Positions 1-10,195 of a stretch of 52,890 nucleotides of DNA are shown here, piece by piece. The notes under the pieces are model-generated. The model ran no database searches and was not told where the DNA came from. It saw only the letters and a program-made list of their open reading frames with translations. Origin of the DNA: a virus (taxonomy: Duplodnaviria; Caudoviricetes); IMG/VR virus record IMGVR_UViG_3300043777_000227, positions 1 through 52,890 of that record; one strand, 5' to 3'. Position numbers and translations under genes: made by a program. The first letter of the stretch is position 1, and every line of letters begins with the position of its first letter.

Positions 1-1062
1 GAACCAGGCTCCTTCCCACTGGTTCCCAGCCGTAAGGACTGAAGAACCGCATTGCGTCCATGTGTTCGTTCCATCTGAGATTGAACTAGTTTGCACGTTG
101 GCATTGGATGCTCCTCCACCAGCTCCAATGTATATAAGATTCCCAACCGGGCATGGCGTCCCTTCGCTAATTGGTGTTACGTTTGTAGCGGTCGCTGAAT
201 TCGATGCGCCCATGCAAGCGACATACATGCCAGAAGGAGCGGTCCCCGACGTATTGGATTTCATGGCTATCGCTACGCCAACATAAGCCGCTGAAGCGCT
301 AGAAGTAATAGTTGGCGTAATGGTACTGGCAGAGCTAACAGTCTCAAAGGCTGACGCCTCACCGTCTCGAATGTTATTTGAGGTCTGGCTCCAGCCACCA
401 GCCGCAGCGAAAGGCCCAAGGGCGTTTTGGGTGGTGAAGGTGTTGGTAGGGTTTGTTTGGACTGTAAAAACCCCCGCCCAATCGTTACTGGCGGTTGTGG
501 TGAGATTCCCAGCTGCGAAGGCGGTTACAGACGATCCACTGGCATTTTCCGAGCAAGCATCGAACGAGCCGATGTTGTAGAGCTGGTAGACGTGCACTTG
601 CGCATGGGTAACAGCTGCGGGAAATGTGACGGTGATTGCCCTGGTGCCAGTCGCTAGGCCAATTGAATAGAACACCTCGCCCCAGCGGTTATTAGTCGAG
701 TCGTTGGCTTCGCACGAAGCGTGAGTGTAGGTATTGGATTTGTCGTCCGTGACGGTCGGGACTTCAGACGAAGCCGCCCCATAGGTTACGAAGATCACTC
801 CACTGTTGCCGGCGAGCGTCGGGTCCACATACCACGTACAAAAAGCATCTCCCGCACAAGTCACCGTGCCTGATACCAAGGTTGTGACCTGGGAATCTAC
901 TGTACTTCCACTAATATTAGAGGATACAAAACCAGGAGTTGCCGGCGCTGCGGAGGTACCGCCACCCCATCCGGCCTTACCGCCTACACCGGCACTCCCC
1001 CCTGTGCCCTGGGCGCAGAGCGGTAAACAGGCCAAAAAGAACAACGCAACTAATTTTCTCAT
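1..1062 (-). CDS. Ser/Thr/Gly-rich beta-strand protein with signal peptide, probably virion/fibre-associated; 3' end truncated by the window edge
   Basis: Not in the ORF track. The ATG at 1062 overlaps the TGA of the upstream fibre gene (ATGA). Manual translation begins MRKLVA...LACLPLCAQGTGGSAGVGG and stays open to position 1; it includes VPTVTDDKSNTYT-type modules seen in phage fibre proteins. Confidence 0.75.
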   Translation of the reverse strand, partial: MRKLVALFFLACLPLCAQGTGGSAGVGGKAGWGGGTSAAPATPGFVSSNISGSTVDSQVTTLVSGTVTCAGDAFCTWYVDPTLAGNSGVIFVTYGAASSEVPTVTDDKSNTYTHASCEANDSTNNRWGEVFYSIGLATGTRAITVTFPAAVTHAQVHVYQLYNIGSFDACSENASGSSVTAFAAGNLTTTASNDWAGVFTVQTNPTNTFTTQNALGPFAAAGGWSQTSNNIRDGEASAFETVSSASTITPTITSSASAAYVGVAIAMKSNTSGTAPSGMYVACMGASNSATATNVTPISEGTPCPVGNLIYIGAGGGASNANVQTSSISDGTNTWTQCGSSVLTAGNQWEGAWF

Positions 1063-4000
1063 GGTGTTGAATACTCCGCCGAGACGACCCAGGTGTCGGT
1101 GGTGCAGGTCGCGCCCGCTGTTGAGATGTAAATGCCGATCAAGTCTCCAGCAGCATAGGTAAGCGTTTGCGTCTGCGACGTTGCGTTCCCCTTCGTTTGG
1201 GTGGTTGAGGTCGCTATTTTCGCTGTGCCGGTGTTAGAGGTCCCATCGAACACATTAAAGGTTGGCGCGGTAGTGCACGACCCGCCTAGAGCTGCGGTCA
1301 TGGTTAGATTAGTAAAATGCCCTGCTGCGACCGCAATGGTCTGAGCCACAACCGTGTTGACGGCTGTTGAACCAAACAGCGCCGGGCCAGTAGAAATAGT
1401 GCCCTCCACCGGTGTAATAGTCTCGGTCATGGTACCCGAGGAGTTGGTATAAAGTGGGAAGCCTGTAGCTGGAGCACCCGCCAATACTCTTAACTGAGAG
1501 GTGACCGAAGTTGGGGCTTGCCAGCAAATCGAGTTGGCAGTGTTACAAGGTGCCACCCCCGATGAGCTTGATCCCTGCGGTAGGTCCAGGAAGCCAGCGG
1601 TAGTGCCCGTAGCAGTAAAAATAGGGGCTGCCATACCAGAGGTTCCAGTGTAGGTAAGGGTGTTGGCGGTTGTGGCCCCATCGTCCAGGGCTGATTTAGC
1701 CAGGAGAGCAATTGTCGAGGAACTGGACTTGGGGATGAAGCCCGAGGTTATGGCCGAGGCCTCTCCAGCGCATAAGGCATCCGCACCGTTGATTGGGCAG
1801 TGGAAGTTTTTCCCAGTGGTGTCATATCCAATACTCGCTGTGCCGTTGGAAGTTAGGCCCGCCTGGGAAGGAATTTGTAAGGAGTTGGAGGTTGTGGAGG
1901 CGCTCATATTCAAGGTCATGGCCGCCGCACCTGTATTAGCCGCATCCTTACGCACTATATTAGTTCCCAGAATACCAGAATCCGCCAGGGTGTTACCTGC
2001 ACCGTAGGTAGTCACATCTCCATTGGCGCCGGTCACGGAGGTCCCGTTAATCTTTGTACAGGTGATTGCATTCGAGCCGGAGGTGGTGCAATCTCCGGAA
2101 ATCTCGGCGGCGGTCATGGCAGAGGCATTACCTCGCACCAACCCAGTTAGGGTGCTCCCTGTACCAGTGCCTCCATTAGCTACTGGCACAACCGAAAAGG
2201 AAGTTGTTGGTGCTCCACCAGCACCTCCTCCTAGCACGAACTGGCCGGATGCCAGCAACCCTGAGGAAGTTTGCGTGGTGGTATTGGAGAAGTAAGGAAT
2301 TCCCCCCGAGGTGACCGTCCCCGCCACAGTCAAGGGGTAGGTGCCACCTCCACCACTCCCTGCGGAGATAGTGCCAAACTGGCCGGTGGCGGTATTAAAA
2401 GTTAGCGCATTGCCAGCACCTGTATTAGGAAAGGCTGAGAACTGTGGGACTTGAACGCTCTGCCAGTTGCCTGAGGAGTTGTTGTAGATAAAATCAGCCC
2501 AGTTGCTGAACAGGTTGGCGTTGTCTATTGTATCCGTGGTAGGCGCCAGGGTCATCTTCCCGGAGTTGTTGTTCACTATCAATACCGGGAGTGCCTGCCC
2601 AAAGCCTGCGGCGGTATGTACCGGGAAGGTAAAGGTTGAGGTACTGGTTCCGGCGCAGAAGATTACTCCAGCTCGGTCCAGCACACTCAAAGTTTGAATC
2701 CCACAAGTAGTCTCTGAATTGGGATTGACCACCACTCCCGCTAGTCCAAATGTGGGCGCAGTGGCGGCTCCACCAGAAGGGGTCTCCAGAATGTATTGAG
2801 GTACGCCATTAGGCGAGGTTGGGCCGTTTAATGCAGTCGCTGCCCCACCCGCGCCGCCATAGATAAAGCAACCCAGGGTTGTGCATGGATCAACAAGAGT
2901 TGCCTGATATGTAGGGTCCGCTGCGGCTCCATTCGATGTAAGAACTGTACCAGAGACGCCAGGAGTTACAAAATTAAACGCCGAGGCACCTTCAGCAATA
3001 GGCACAGCATGGGCGGCAGGTGCACTAGCCCCTGTGCCACCGGAGGTGGTATTTACCGTACCTGAGGCCTCTTCCTTTTCGATGATGCCAGAGGTGTTCA
3101 CCGGGGTTATGGTAATACCCATGGTGTTGGCTGTGGAGGTGGTAAGGTTTAGGCCGGCTTGAGAGGTCTGATTGACGGCGTTGATTAGGAAGGGGATTGT
3201 GCAGGTCGAGCCAAGCACACAACTTTGCGAGTTTACCGTAAGAGAATCGCTAGCTAGGTTGGCAATGGGCAGCAACCCGGTCACAAACGAGCTGCCACCC
3301 GCCAGGTTGATTGGCCCAACCTTCACGTCCGCTGAGCCATTGCCCAGTACGGGCTGGCCAGAGGTTAGCGCTCCAGTGCTGTGGGTAACCGTACCAGCAC
3401 CCGAGGGCGTGGTCCAAGAAGCCACTCCAACAGAGGTTTCCTGTAGATATTGAGTGCCCGAGTTATTACCGGTCACATCAGCCCAAGCCGAGCCTGTCCA
3501 GACACAGATGTCGCCAGCGTTGACTGGAACGCAACCGGTCAGATTAGCGGCGTTGGTGGCAGTGCCCGCGTTACCTGAGGTATTGAAGGCTCCAGTGCCG
3601 GTCATATTAGTCACGGCGATGGTAGGAGCCGTCTGGAAGGTTGGAGTGGCTGCGGCGCCAGATGCAGGGCCAGCTAGCACGGTATGGGCTGATTCAGTAC
3701 CAAACACCAACGTGACCGCCCCAGTCGAGCTGGAGTTGGTGATGATGCTGCCGGAGTCTCCTGACACCGAGGACACGCCCGAGATTGGAGCTGTGCAGCT
3801 GGGAGTGGTTAAATCCCAGCTAGTGCCATTATACACAAAGCTATATTCATGGTTGGCGCACAAATCTCCAAAAACCAGTGCAGCGCCATTTTGCTTGGTA
3901 GCTTGCACCGCCCCAAGCCCGTTCAAGTTGATTGTAACCGCTGAGGTGTTGGGGTTGGCCACCTTCACGTTCAAGGGCATGCCGGTGGGTATGCTGGATA

Positions 4001-6260
4001 GCGTCAGAGGGGTGGTGATTACCAAGGCGTTGGTTGTGCCAGTATCCAAATGCGAATTGATTGCTCCTGACACATCCAAGGAGCTATTGGTAAAGCGAGC
4101 TACGCTAATTAGTTGGTTGGCAGCTGGGACTGGGGTGAGCGTGGTTAGCGCCTGGCCAGTATAAAGGAAAGAAGTTGTGGTACCACCAGATATAAAGAAT
4201 GCCGAGGTGATTAGTGAGGAGCTTACTATAGGTGTGGTCTGGACCTCTACACAATAGCCCCCAGGCGTAAGGGGTGTAGTAACTGGTAAGGTCCAGCTAT
4301 AGGTGATGGCATTGTTAGCTCCCGAAACGCTCACTGGTGAAGTATAACTTGGAGATGATGTTATCGAAAATGTCCGGTCGCAAGTAGTGCTGGAAGTGGT
4401 ATAGAACTGGGCGTAGTAGGTTCCAGCAGCTAGCGAGCCACCAGTCGTGGCTGTGCCCAATGGAGAGGTTGGCGGTAGCACCTTGGCAACTTGAACGTCC
4501 AAGGATTCCTTTATAGTCTGCTCAAGTCCAGAGTTAAAGGCATTGGTATCCCCTAGCCCAAACAACACGCCGAAGGCCGGATCAATTCCTATATTGCAGA
4601 ACAAACCTCCAGATGCGCACCAGCGGTCAGCGAGAGTCGGCCCTCCTCCAATGCCAAGAAGTGGAGTGGGAAATAGCGCGGAGGTGGGTTGCGCTATTTC
4701 AAAAGAGTTATCTGAGACGTGATCGGTTCCGCCGTATTGCTCATTCGAGCGGCCTTGGCCGGTGGCATTTCCATTCGCGTCTACCACTTGGCACTGAGGG
4801 CCGAAACAGTTGAAACTCACCATATGACCAGCGAGAACTTGAACGACCGGGGCTAGTGTCAGTCCATAATTGACATCCAGAAGCCACACGTTATTCAAGG
4901 TGGATGTCGAATCATTGAGCGTGAGGACTGGCGAAGGGCCGTTTGCATCTTCAATTGTCACTCGGTCGAATATAAATGGTCCAAGACCCTGACCAGCAGT
5001 TCCTGAGGTGTTTGAGATCGTCAGCCAGCCATTAGAGGAATCTTCGTTCTGAACATCCCGAAAGATCATCTCATTAATGGCAGCGCCGCCAGAGAATTGA
5101 GAACGAATGATTACTTGTTCGGCTCCTCCTGCATCTGTCACGTCCGACGTTTTGATAATGGACAAGAAAGGCTGCGTACCAGATTCAATTGTATAGATAA
5201 CAGGCGGGAGGGTTGTGCTCACTCCCTGAAACGATGCGTTGCTATGGTTGACCCGGTAGACCTCCAGCATGTTTGTGAGCTTGAGGGGGGTGTTGTCGGC
5301 CTGGCCCGTGATCGCTACTGACATCGGGGCGTTGTCGAAAGTGACGTGATTCGTATTGTTGACGTAAACAGCCTGGTTGTACCCGACCATCGCCAAATCC
5401 TTGAATGAACTATCCTGATTCCCATTGTTCAATTGGAAGACGGGCGCATTGTTGGGATTTGTCCCAGGGAGGACCACGATCATCGCGGCTGGATTCCCAA
5501 ATTGGAAGTCGCTGCCCCCTGTCAAACCGCGTATTTCTAAGAACGCGCAGCCACTTGGCAGGTTAAAAACAGGGAACACGGACGGCAGCTGTGGTTGTTG
5601 TACGCGGTAAACACCCGGTGGAAATAATACCGCTGGATGCATTGTAAAGAAGTTATCACCTGTTAATGTTGCACAAGAGGCAATGATGGCCGAGGAAATG
5701 GCAGCTGTGTCATCAGTACTTCCATCCCCCTTAGCGTTGTAAGGTGGGCAGGTTACGTCAATCCATGGGCGTGGCCCGGAGTCGCAAGAACTCTCAGTAA
5801 TTTGAAGTTGGCTACCGGTATCATGTACAGCTGCCGGCCCTAAGGTTAAGGAGCCTGCATTAAGCTGCAGATCGCCTTGATTGCCTCCAGGATTAGCCCC
5901 TCCCGATCCGCTATTCAAGGTAAGAAATTCATCATAGGGCTGGACGCTAGGCCCAGAGATTGTTATTAGATAATTACCTGGCGTCACATAGAAGTCGTAG
6001 TTGCCTCGGGCATCAGCCGTAAGGGGGTTAGGCGCCACCACCGTCAGTGCTAGGTTGGAGTAGATCGTGGTCTTGGGCGTGCAGGGGAAGACGTTCGTAG
6101 CCGCTGATGGCGAGCAGACCGTGATGGTCGCTCCACCCACCGGCTGGCCAGCCTGGTTGAGCACCGGATGGTCCACCCAGTGAACTCCCTGGGCATAGAC
6201 GGGCACCGTGCCCAGTAACATAAACAGCGCTGTGAATAGCGCGATTCTAATTGCCCGCAT
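1059..6260 (-). CDS. Large tail fibre/tailspike-like protein with pectate-lyase-3-like beta-helix and N-terminal signal peptide
   Basis: Likely start is ATG 6260 (GGAGG upstream). Contains DVTCPPYNAKGDGSTDDTAAI...FPPGVY (beta-helix entry motif), the DTGTTNAL...NTSAVTINLNGLGA fibre module and PVANGGTG Gly-rich fibre repeats. Confidence 0.8.
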   Translation of the reverse strand: MRAIRIALFTALFMLLGTVPVYAQGVHWVDHPVLNQAGQPVGGATITVCSPSAATNVFPCTPKTTIYSNLALTVVAPNPLTADARGNYDFYVTPGNYLITISGPSVQPYDEFLTLNSGSGGANPGGNQGDLQLNAGSLTLGPAAVHDTGSQLQITESSCDSGPRPWIDVTCPPYNAKGDGSTDDTAAISSAIIASCATLTGDNFFTMHPAVLFPPGVYRVQQPQLPSVFPVFNLPSGCAFLEIRGLTGGSDFQFGNPAAMIVVLPGTNPNNAPVFQLNNGNQDSSFKDLAMVGYNQAVYVNNTNHVTFDNAPMSVAITGQADNTPLKLTNMLEVYRVNHSNASFQGVSTTLPPVIYTIESGTQPFLSIIKTSDVTDAGGAEQVIIRSQFSGGAAINEMIFRDVQNEDSSNGWLTISNTSGTAGQGLGPFIFDRVTIEDANGPSPVLTLNDSTSTLNNVWLLDVNYGLTLAPVVQVLAGHMVSFNCFGPQCQVVDANGNATGQGRSNEQYGGTDHVSDNSFEIAQPTSALFPTPLLGIGGGPTLADRWCASGGLFCNIGIDPAFGVLFGLGDTNAFNSGLEQTIKESLDVQVAKVLPPTSPLGTATTGGSLAAGTYYAQFYTTSSTTCDRTFSITSSPSYTSPVSVSGANNAITYSWTLPVTTPLTPGGYCVEVQTTPIVSSSLITSAFFISGGTTTSFLYTGQALTTLTPVPAANQLISVARFTNSSLDVSGAINSHLDTGTTNALVITTPLTLSSIPTGMPLNVKVANPNTSAVTINLNGLGAVQATKQNGAALVFGDLCANHEYSFVYNGTSWDLTTPSCTAPISGVSSVSGDSGSIITNSSSTGAVTLVFGTESAHTVLAGPASGAAATPTFQTAPTIAVTNMTGTGAFNTSGNAGTATNAANLTGCVPVNAGDICVWTGSAWADVTGNNSGTQYLQETSVGVASWTTPSGAGTVTHSTGALTSGQPVLGNGSADVKVGPINLAGGSSFVTGLLPIANLASDSLTVNSQSCVLGSTCTIPFLINAVNQTSQAGLNLTTSTANTMGITITPVNTSGIIEKEEASGTVNTTSGGTGASAPAAHAVPIAEGASAFNFVTPGVSGTVLTSNGAAADPTYQATLVDPCTTLGCFIYGGAGGAATALNGPTSPNGVPQYILETPSGGAATAPTFGLAGVVVNPNSETTCGIQTLSVLDRAGVIFCAGTSTSTFTFPVHTAAGFGQALPVLIVNNNSGKMTLAPTTDTIDNANLFSNWADFIYNNSSGNWQSVQVPQFSAFPNTGAGNALTFNTATGQFGTISAGSGGGGTYPLTVAGTVTSGGIPYFSNTTTQTSSGLLASGQFVLGGGAGGAPTTSFSVVPVANGGTGTGSTLTGLVRGNASAMTAAEISGDCTTSGSNAITCTKINGTSVTGANGDVTTYGAGNTLADSGILGTNIVRKDAANTGAAAMTLNMSASTTSNSLQIPSQAGLTSNGTASIGYDTTGKNFHCPINGADALCAGEASAITSGFIPKSSSSTIALLAKSALDDGATTANTLTYTGTSGMAAPIFTATGTTAGFLDLPQGSSSSGVAPCNTANSICWQAPTSVTSQLRVLAGAPATGFPLYTNSSGTMTETITPVEGTISTGPALFGSTAVNTVVAQTIAVAAGHFTNLTMTAALGGSCTTAPTFNVFDGTSNTGTAKIATSTTQTKGNATSQTQTLTYAAGDLIGIYISTAGATCTTDTWVVSAEYSTP

Positions 6261-6453
6261 TAGGAGAACCTCCGTTGGTGTCTGCGATGGCGTGAATAAC
6301 TGCATAGATAGCTTGCCGGGTCCAGCTCCACTTGGGGTCGGGAGGTGGTAGGGAGTCTACTGCCCGGCGTAGATAGAGGTGCGCTGCACCACCAGTAAAG
6401 AAACTGGCTAGGGCACCTAGGGTATGATATAGATAAGGATGTGCGTCGTGCAT
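6247..6453 (-). CDS. Small protein next to the endolysin, possible holin
   Basis: 68 aa with one moderately hydrophobic segment; TAATG coupling to the endolysin stop. Holin call rests on position only. Confidence 0.3.
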   Translation of the reverse strand: MHDAHPYLYHTLGALASFFTGGAAHLYLRRAVDSLPPPDPKWSWTRQAIYAVIHAIADTNGGSPNAGN

Positions 6454-6908
6454 TATTGAACTGCTCTATATAGCCAGCCGTTCCAGTACATCTGCGCTGA
6501 CGGCCGTTGGGCTATTAAATCAACATAGTGCTGGACGTGGCACTGGCGGAGCCGGCCAATCAGGTCCGGTACCCTTAGCAGGGCGTTGTCGGTCACTGGC
6601 CCGTAGACTCGATCTACTGGCACGCCAGCTATGGTCTGGAAAATTCCTATGGCCGTCGGCTGGCCTAGGTTCACTGACATATCCAGGAACTTATTGGCGG
6701 TCACCTGATCGCTCCAACCGTCCCAACACCAGAAATCCCTTAGATAGATAGCCTGGGCCTGGTTTACCGTTAAGGCCGCTATATCCAAGGCTGGGTAACT
6801 ACGCTGACTTATGCCGTACTTCGAAAGGCCTCCCGGATCGTTTTGGTCGTTTACCAACCCGCCCTCTCGGGAGATCACCAGGGTTACGGCGATGGAAAAA
6901 CTGGCCAC
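6453..6908 (-). CDS. Endolysin, glycoside hydrolase family 108 with C-terminal peptidoglycan-binding region
   Basis: REGGLVNDQNDPGGLSKYGISQRSYP (EGGY..DPGG.T.YGI signature), DMSVNLG, and a C-terminal GWLYR motif. Confidence 0.9.
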   Translation of the reverse strand: MASFSIAVTLVISREGGLVNDQNDPGGLSKYGISQRSYPALDIAALTVNQAQAIYLRDFWCWDGWSDQVTANKFLDMSVNLGQPTAIGIFQTIAGVPVDRVYGPVTDNALLRVPDLIGRLRQCHVQHYVDLIAQRPSAQMYWNGWLYRAVQ

Positions 6909-7235
6909 CTAGACTCCGGCTTCGGGCGCCGGCTCTCCAACCTGTCCGCCTGAGCGCGCTTGGCCCTTCTGGTTGGCTTGCTGGACGCTAACCCGGTCAA
7001 TACCCGGACGCATTAGCCGCAGCATGGAAGCTTGCCAGACCTTCAGCCGCTCTTCCACATAGTCGGCGTCTTCGGCGGAGAGGAGGTGCGTGCCGGGCTT
7101 AAATTCCTGGTTATTGCGCCAGATGCCATCGAAGGCGTGCTCGTAGACATCCACGGCGGGGATGGTTACATAGCGCCAACCCTCGGCAATCTTGCTGAGA
7201 GCTTCGGCGCTGGGCTTCTTAACTGGGGTTGCCAT
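6909..7235 (-). CDS. Hypothetical protein (late region)
   Basis: 108 aa, AGGAG RBS, co-oriented in the late operon. Confidence 0.7.
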   Translation of the reverse strand: MATPVKKPSAEALSKIAEGWRYVTIPAVDVYEHAFDGIWRNNQEFKPGTHLLSAEDADYVEERLKVWQASMLRLMRPGIDRVSVQQANQKGQARSGGQVGEPAPEAGV

Positions 7236-7254
7236 TCTAGTGTCTCCTTGAAAT

Positions 7255-7905
7255 CTATCCCTCTTCTACTTCGCCAGCGCCGGGGGAAGTCACATCGTCG
7301 CCGGTGAAGGCTACAACCTCTTGCCAGCCTTGCCCATCATCCAGGACGTAGGACATGACGCCCCCTGGCGGCAGGCTGTGCGGTGCTTTATAGATGGCGG
7401 TGTCGCCCGTTAGGTAGGCGTGGGCAGCGCCAAAATTTCTCGAATGTGTCACAGCGATGATCGGCTTGTCAGGGTGCGAACGGGTGTACTGCAGTAATTT
7501 CTCGAAGTCCCTCTGGAACCTATTCAAATAGCTCTGGAAGCTCTCGCCGCCTGGGGCCTTCTTGCGGGGATTGTCAATCAGCTCGAAGAGCTTCTCCAAC
7601 ACATCGGTGACCTTAACGCCACAGTACTCGCCAACATTCCAATCTCTGAGCGCCCCGGTGTAGATGATCGGCAGGAAATTTTCCGTGGCAATTATCTCGC
7701 CGGTCACACGAGTGCGCTGCAAATCCGAGGCTACAACCTTTTCGACCGTTTTGTCCTGGAAGAAGCGTGCAGCGTCTCTAGCTTGCTGCACGCCCTCCCG
7801 TGATAACGGCACGTCCATCCAAGACCTAATTCGTTCACCCGTCTTAGCATTGAAGTCCGTGGCCCCGTGGCGAACCATATAGAGCTTAGGGGCGTTGGTG
7901 TGCAC
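7255..7905 (-). CDS. Histidine phosphatase (phosphoglycerate-mutase-like) family protein
   Basis: MVRHGATDFN (RHG motif), DVPLSREG, SDLQRTRVT, PGGES and a second His in AVTHS. Confidence 0.9.
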   Translation of the reverse strand: MHTNAPKLYMVRHGATDFNAKTGERIRSWMDVPLSREGVQQARDAARFFQDKTVEKVVASDLQRTRVTGEIIATENFLPIIYTGALRDWNVGEYCGVKVTDVLEKLFELIDNPRKKAPGGESFQSYLNRFQRDFEKLLQYTRSHPDKPIIAVTHSRNFGAAHAYLTGDTAIYKAPHSLPPGGVMSYVLDDGQGWQEVVAFTGDDVTSPGAGEVEEG

Positions 7906-8239
7906 AGACTCCGCCGTTGATCCGTTTACTTTGGTTGCAATTGTAGCATAAAACTTGGAATCCGTCGGGGAACTGGTTCTTTATAATCCAAAGATAAATA
8001 CCAATCCCCCCACGGAATCCAATTTGCTTTCGATGTGCGTAGCCGTCGTTTTCTACGTGGTCAATAGCCAGGAAAGATTTTTCAGTCTCCCCACAGCACG
8101 CACACCGATAGCCACCATACGCCGCGTAAACCGCGTCCTTTACACGCATACGATATTCCTTCATCTTGACGAGTTGTTCGCCACGGTGAGAGTGATACCA
8201 TTTACGGCGAGAGGCCCGCGCTTTATCCGGCGTAGTCAT
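7886..8239 (-). CDS. HNH-type Zn-binding endonuclease (probable homing endonuclease)
   Basis: True start is likely ATG 8239 (TAATG overlap with the capsid stop). CACCGE...LAIDHV..DG...QVLCYNCNQSK. Confidence 0.75.
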   Translation of the reverse strand: MTTPDKARASRRKWYHSHRGEQLVKMKEYRMRVKDAVYAAYGGYRCACCGETEKSFLAIDHVENDGYAHRKQIGFRGGIGIYLWIIKNQFPDGFQVLCYNCNQSKRINGGVCAHQRP

Positions 8240-9249
8240 TACATGTTGACAGAGGATGCACCGGCACTGCGTACACGTCTCAGCCAATTCTGATTGGTTA
8301 TGATCGACTTGAAAGCGAATTTCCAACCGATCTTGCGGTTCTGCTGCAAGGGGTCGGTCTGTCCGCCAGGAGCCACGACGTAGACACGCAGGTTCTGCAG
8401 GTCGCTGATCTGGTACGCAAAGCGTCCCATCGCAAACGAACTATAGACCGTGGTGGAGGCGCCGGAGGTTGTCTGCGCAGTTGCGGCGAAGCCCGGAGCG
8501 TTCGAACGAACGACTCTAAACCCGCCATAGCTGCCAACTTCCGCCCGCCAGATAGCCTCGGTCTTGTTGAACTGGTGCGAGGCCTTCCAATCGGGGTCCT
8601 TCTGGATGCCAGCGTAGGGCTGCGGGCTGGTCACCAGCACGTACTCTCCGCCCTCGAAGGGGCGTGCGCCTTGACCGTTCAAGGTCGCATCCAGCTCAAC
8701 CAAGTCCACTCCCGCAATCTGGTCGGTGGCCAACACCGAAGTGTCGCCCGCCCGGTTGTTGGGGTAGTAGGAATTGGTCGCGCCGTTGAGCACGTTGTAG
8801 ATCAGCTGGTCGTAAGTTTCTGCGGCCTGCAGACCCAGGATGTAGATGGTGCGTTCGATGATGTTGTGGCGAGCGGTCAGCTCGGCGAGGTCAGAAATTC
8901 TGACCACAACACCATACTGCTCGGTGACCGCCTCGAATTGGTCAATGGTAATTCCGACCGCATCCGGGGGTACACCTTCTGTTAGTTGTGTTGGAGTTGA
9001 GGAGACAGTCAGCTTCTCTTCACGAGTGAAGCGGATGGTCTTCGAGCTGTTCGAAGGAAGCGGAATCTTCTCACCAGTCTGATCCAGAATGGTGTTCAAT
9101 TCAGCCACTTCCAGCAATCTCGCCGACATGAAGGTGATGAGTTCCGCAGCGGTTGAGCCGGCATTGCCGACCGTCCCTGAGGTCACCGTAATCACATCGG
9201 AACCAAAGCCAAACAGAACTAGCAGGCTATTGAGTAGATTGCGAAACAT
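8239..9249 (-). CDS. Major capsid protein, N4-gp56-like family (HK97 fold)
   Basis: 336 aa directly after the scaffold and portal; PLPSNSSKTIRF, LTEGVPP, QYGVVVRISD, DPLQQNRKIGWK motifs. Confidence 0.85.
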   Translation of the reverse strand: MFRNLLNSLLVLFGFGSDVITVTSGTVGNAGSTAAELITFMSARLLEVAELNTILDQTGEKIPLPSNSSKTIRFTREEKLTVSSTPTQLTEGVPPDAVGITIDQFEAVTEQYGVVVRISDLAELTARHNIIERTIYILGLQAAETYDQLIYNVLNGATNSYYPNNRAGDTSVLATDQIAGVDLVELDATLNGQGARPFEGGEYVLVTSPQPYAGIQKDPDWKASHQFNKTEAIWRAEVGSYGGFRVVRSNAPGFAATAQTTSGASTTVYSSFAMGRFAYQISDLQNLRVYVVAPGGQTDPLQQNRKIGWKFAFKSIITNQNWLRRVRSAGASSVNM

Positions 9250-9260
9250 AGAGCCTCTAG

Positions 9261-10148
9261 TTAGAGACGCACCGAGTCCAAACGGACATTACCTACCCCC
9301 TGGCGATTATAGCGCTCCAAAAGTGCCTTGCGGCCTTCTGGTGTGCTTAACATCGCTTCGACATCACGCGGGTTAAAGGTGCTAGGCTCCGCTGAGGGGG
9401 TAACAGTCGTGGTGGAAAGGGTGGGTCTGGGTTGGGTTTGAGCAACAGCCGGGGCCGCTTGGGCCTGGGCCTTGAGTAGGTCGGGCATACGCAGTCCATC
9501 ACCCGCTAGCTTCGCAAGTTCCATAAGCTGGTCAAGTTGTGCTTGAGCCGCTTGGGGATTGTGCTCTAGTTGGGCTATGGCATCACGCAGCACGGGGAGG
9601 CGCTCTCCGACCTGTTTGTAGGTCTCGCTCCCCATGAATTCCCGCACGCCGGGCGTTCTAGCGTCGGCGGTGCGAATTGCCCGTTCTCTAGCGACTTCAC
9701 CAAGTAAGTCCTGATATGGCGCTAGCACGCTCCTAATCAGCTCGGCCTGAGCTTGGACGTAGCCCTTCTTGTCCTGGGAGGAGGCGGCTTTGGCGATTTG
9801 ATCGTAAAGCGCTTCCGCCGGATCGGCTACTGGCTCTGGCTTGGGCTGAGGCAGCTTGCTTTGCGCGTCGAGTAAGTCTTGGCGAAGTTTAGCTATATAG
9901 CGATCTTTTTCTTCGTAGCCCTTGATCGCCTCCTCTTTCGTTCGATATGTGCCAAGGAACGGTTCAGAGGGCGCTGGGGCAGCTTGTGGCGGCTCAGCTG
10001 GGACCGGGGCAGTAACTTGTGGTTGCTGGTCCGGATTTGGGAACAACTCGTCTAGGTTCAAATCAGCACTGGGCGGGGCGTCAGCGAATAGGGCGCCTGG
10101 GCGCGAAATCGCCACTGCTGCTTGTGCTGCTGTTTGTGCTTCGGGCAT
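9261..10148 (-). CDS. Capsid scaffolding protein
   Basis: Lies between portal and MCP; Pro/Ala/Gln/Glu-rich and helical; FLGTYRTKEEAIKGYEE motif typical of podovirus scaffolds. Confidence 0.7.
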   Translation of the reverse strand: MPEAQTAAQAAVAISRPGALFADAPPSADLNLDELFPNPDQQPQVTAPVPAEPPQAAPAPSEPFLGTYRTKEEAIKGYEEKDRYIAKLRQDLLDAQSKLPQPKPEPVADPAEALYDQIAKAASSQDKKGYVQAQAELIRSVLAPYQDLLGEVARERAIRTADARTPGVREFMGSETYKQVGERLPVLRDAIAQLEHNPQAAQAQLDQLMELAKLAGDGLRMPDLLKAQAQAAPAVAQTQPRPTLSTTTVTPSAEPSTFNPRDVEAMLSTPEGRKALLERYNRQGVGNVRLDSVRL

Positions 10149-10195
10149 CTAGTCTCCATCCTTGTGAGATTGAGGGTCCGCTTGTGGCGGTACTG

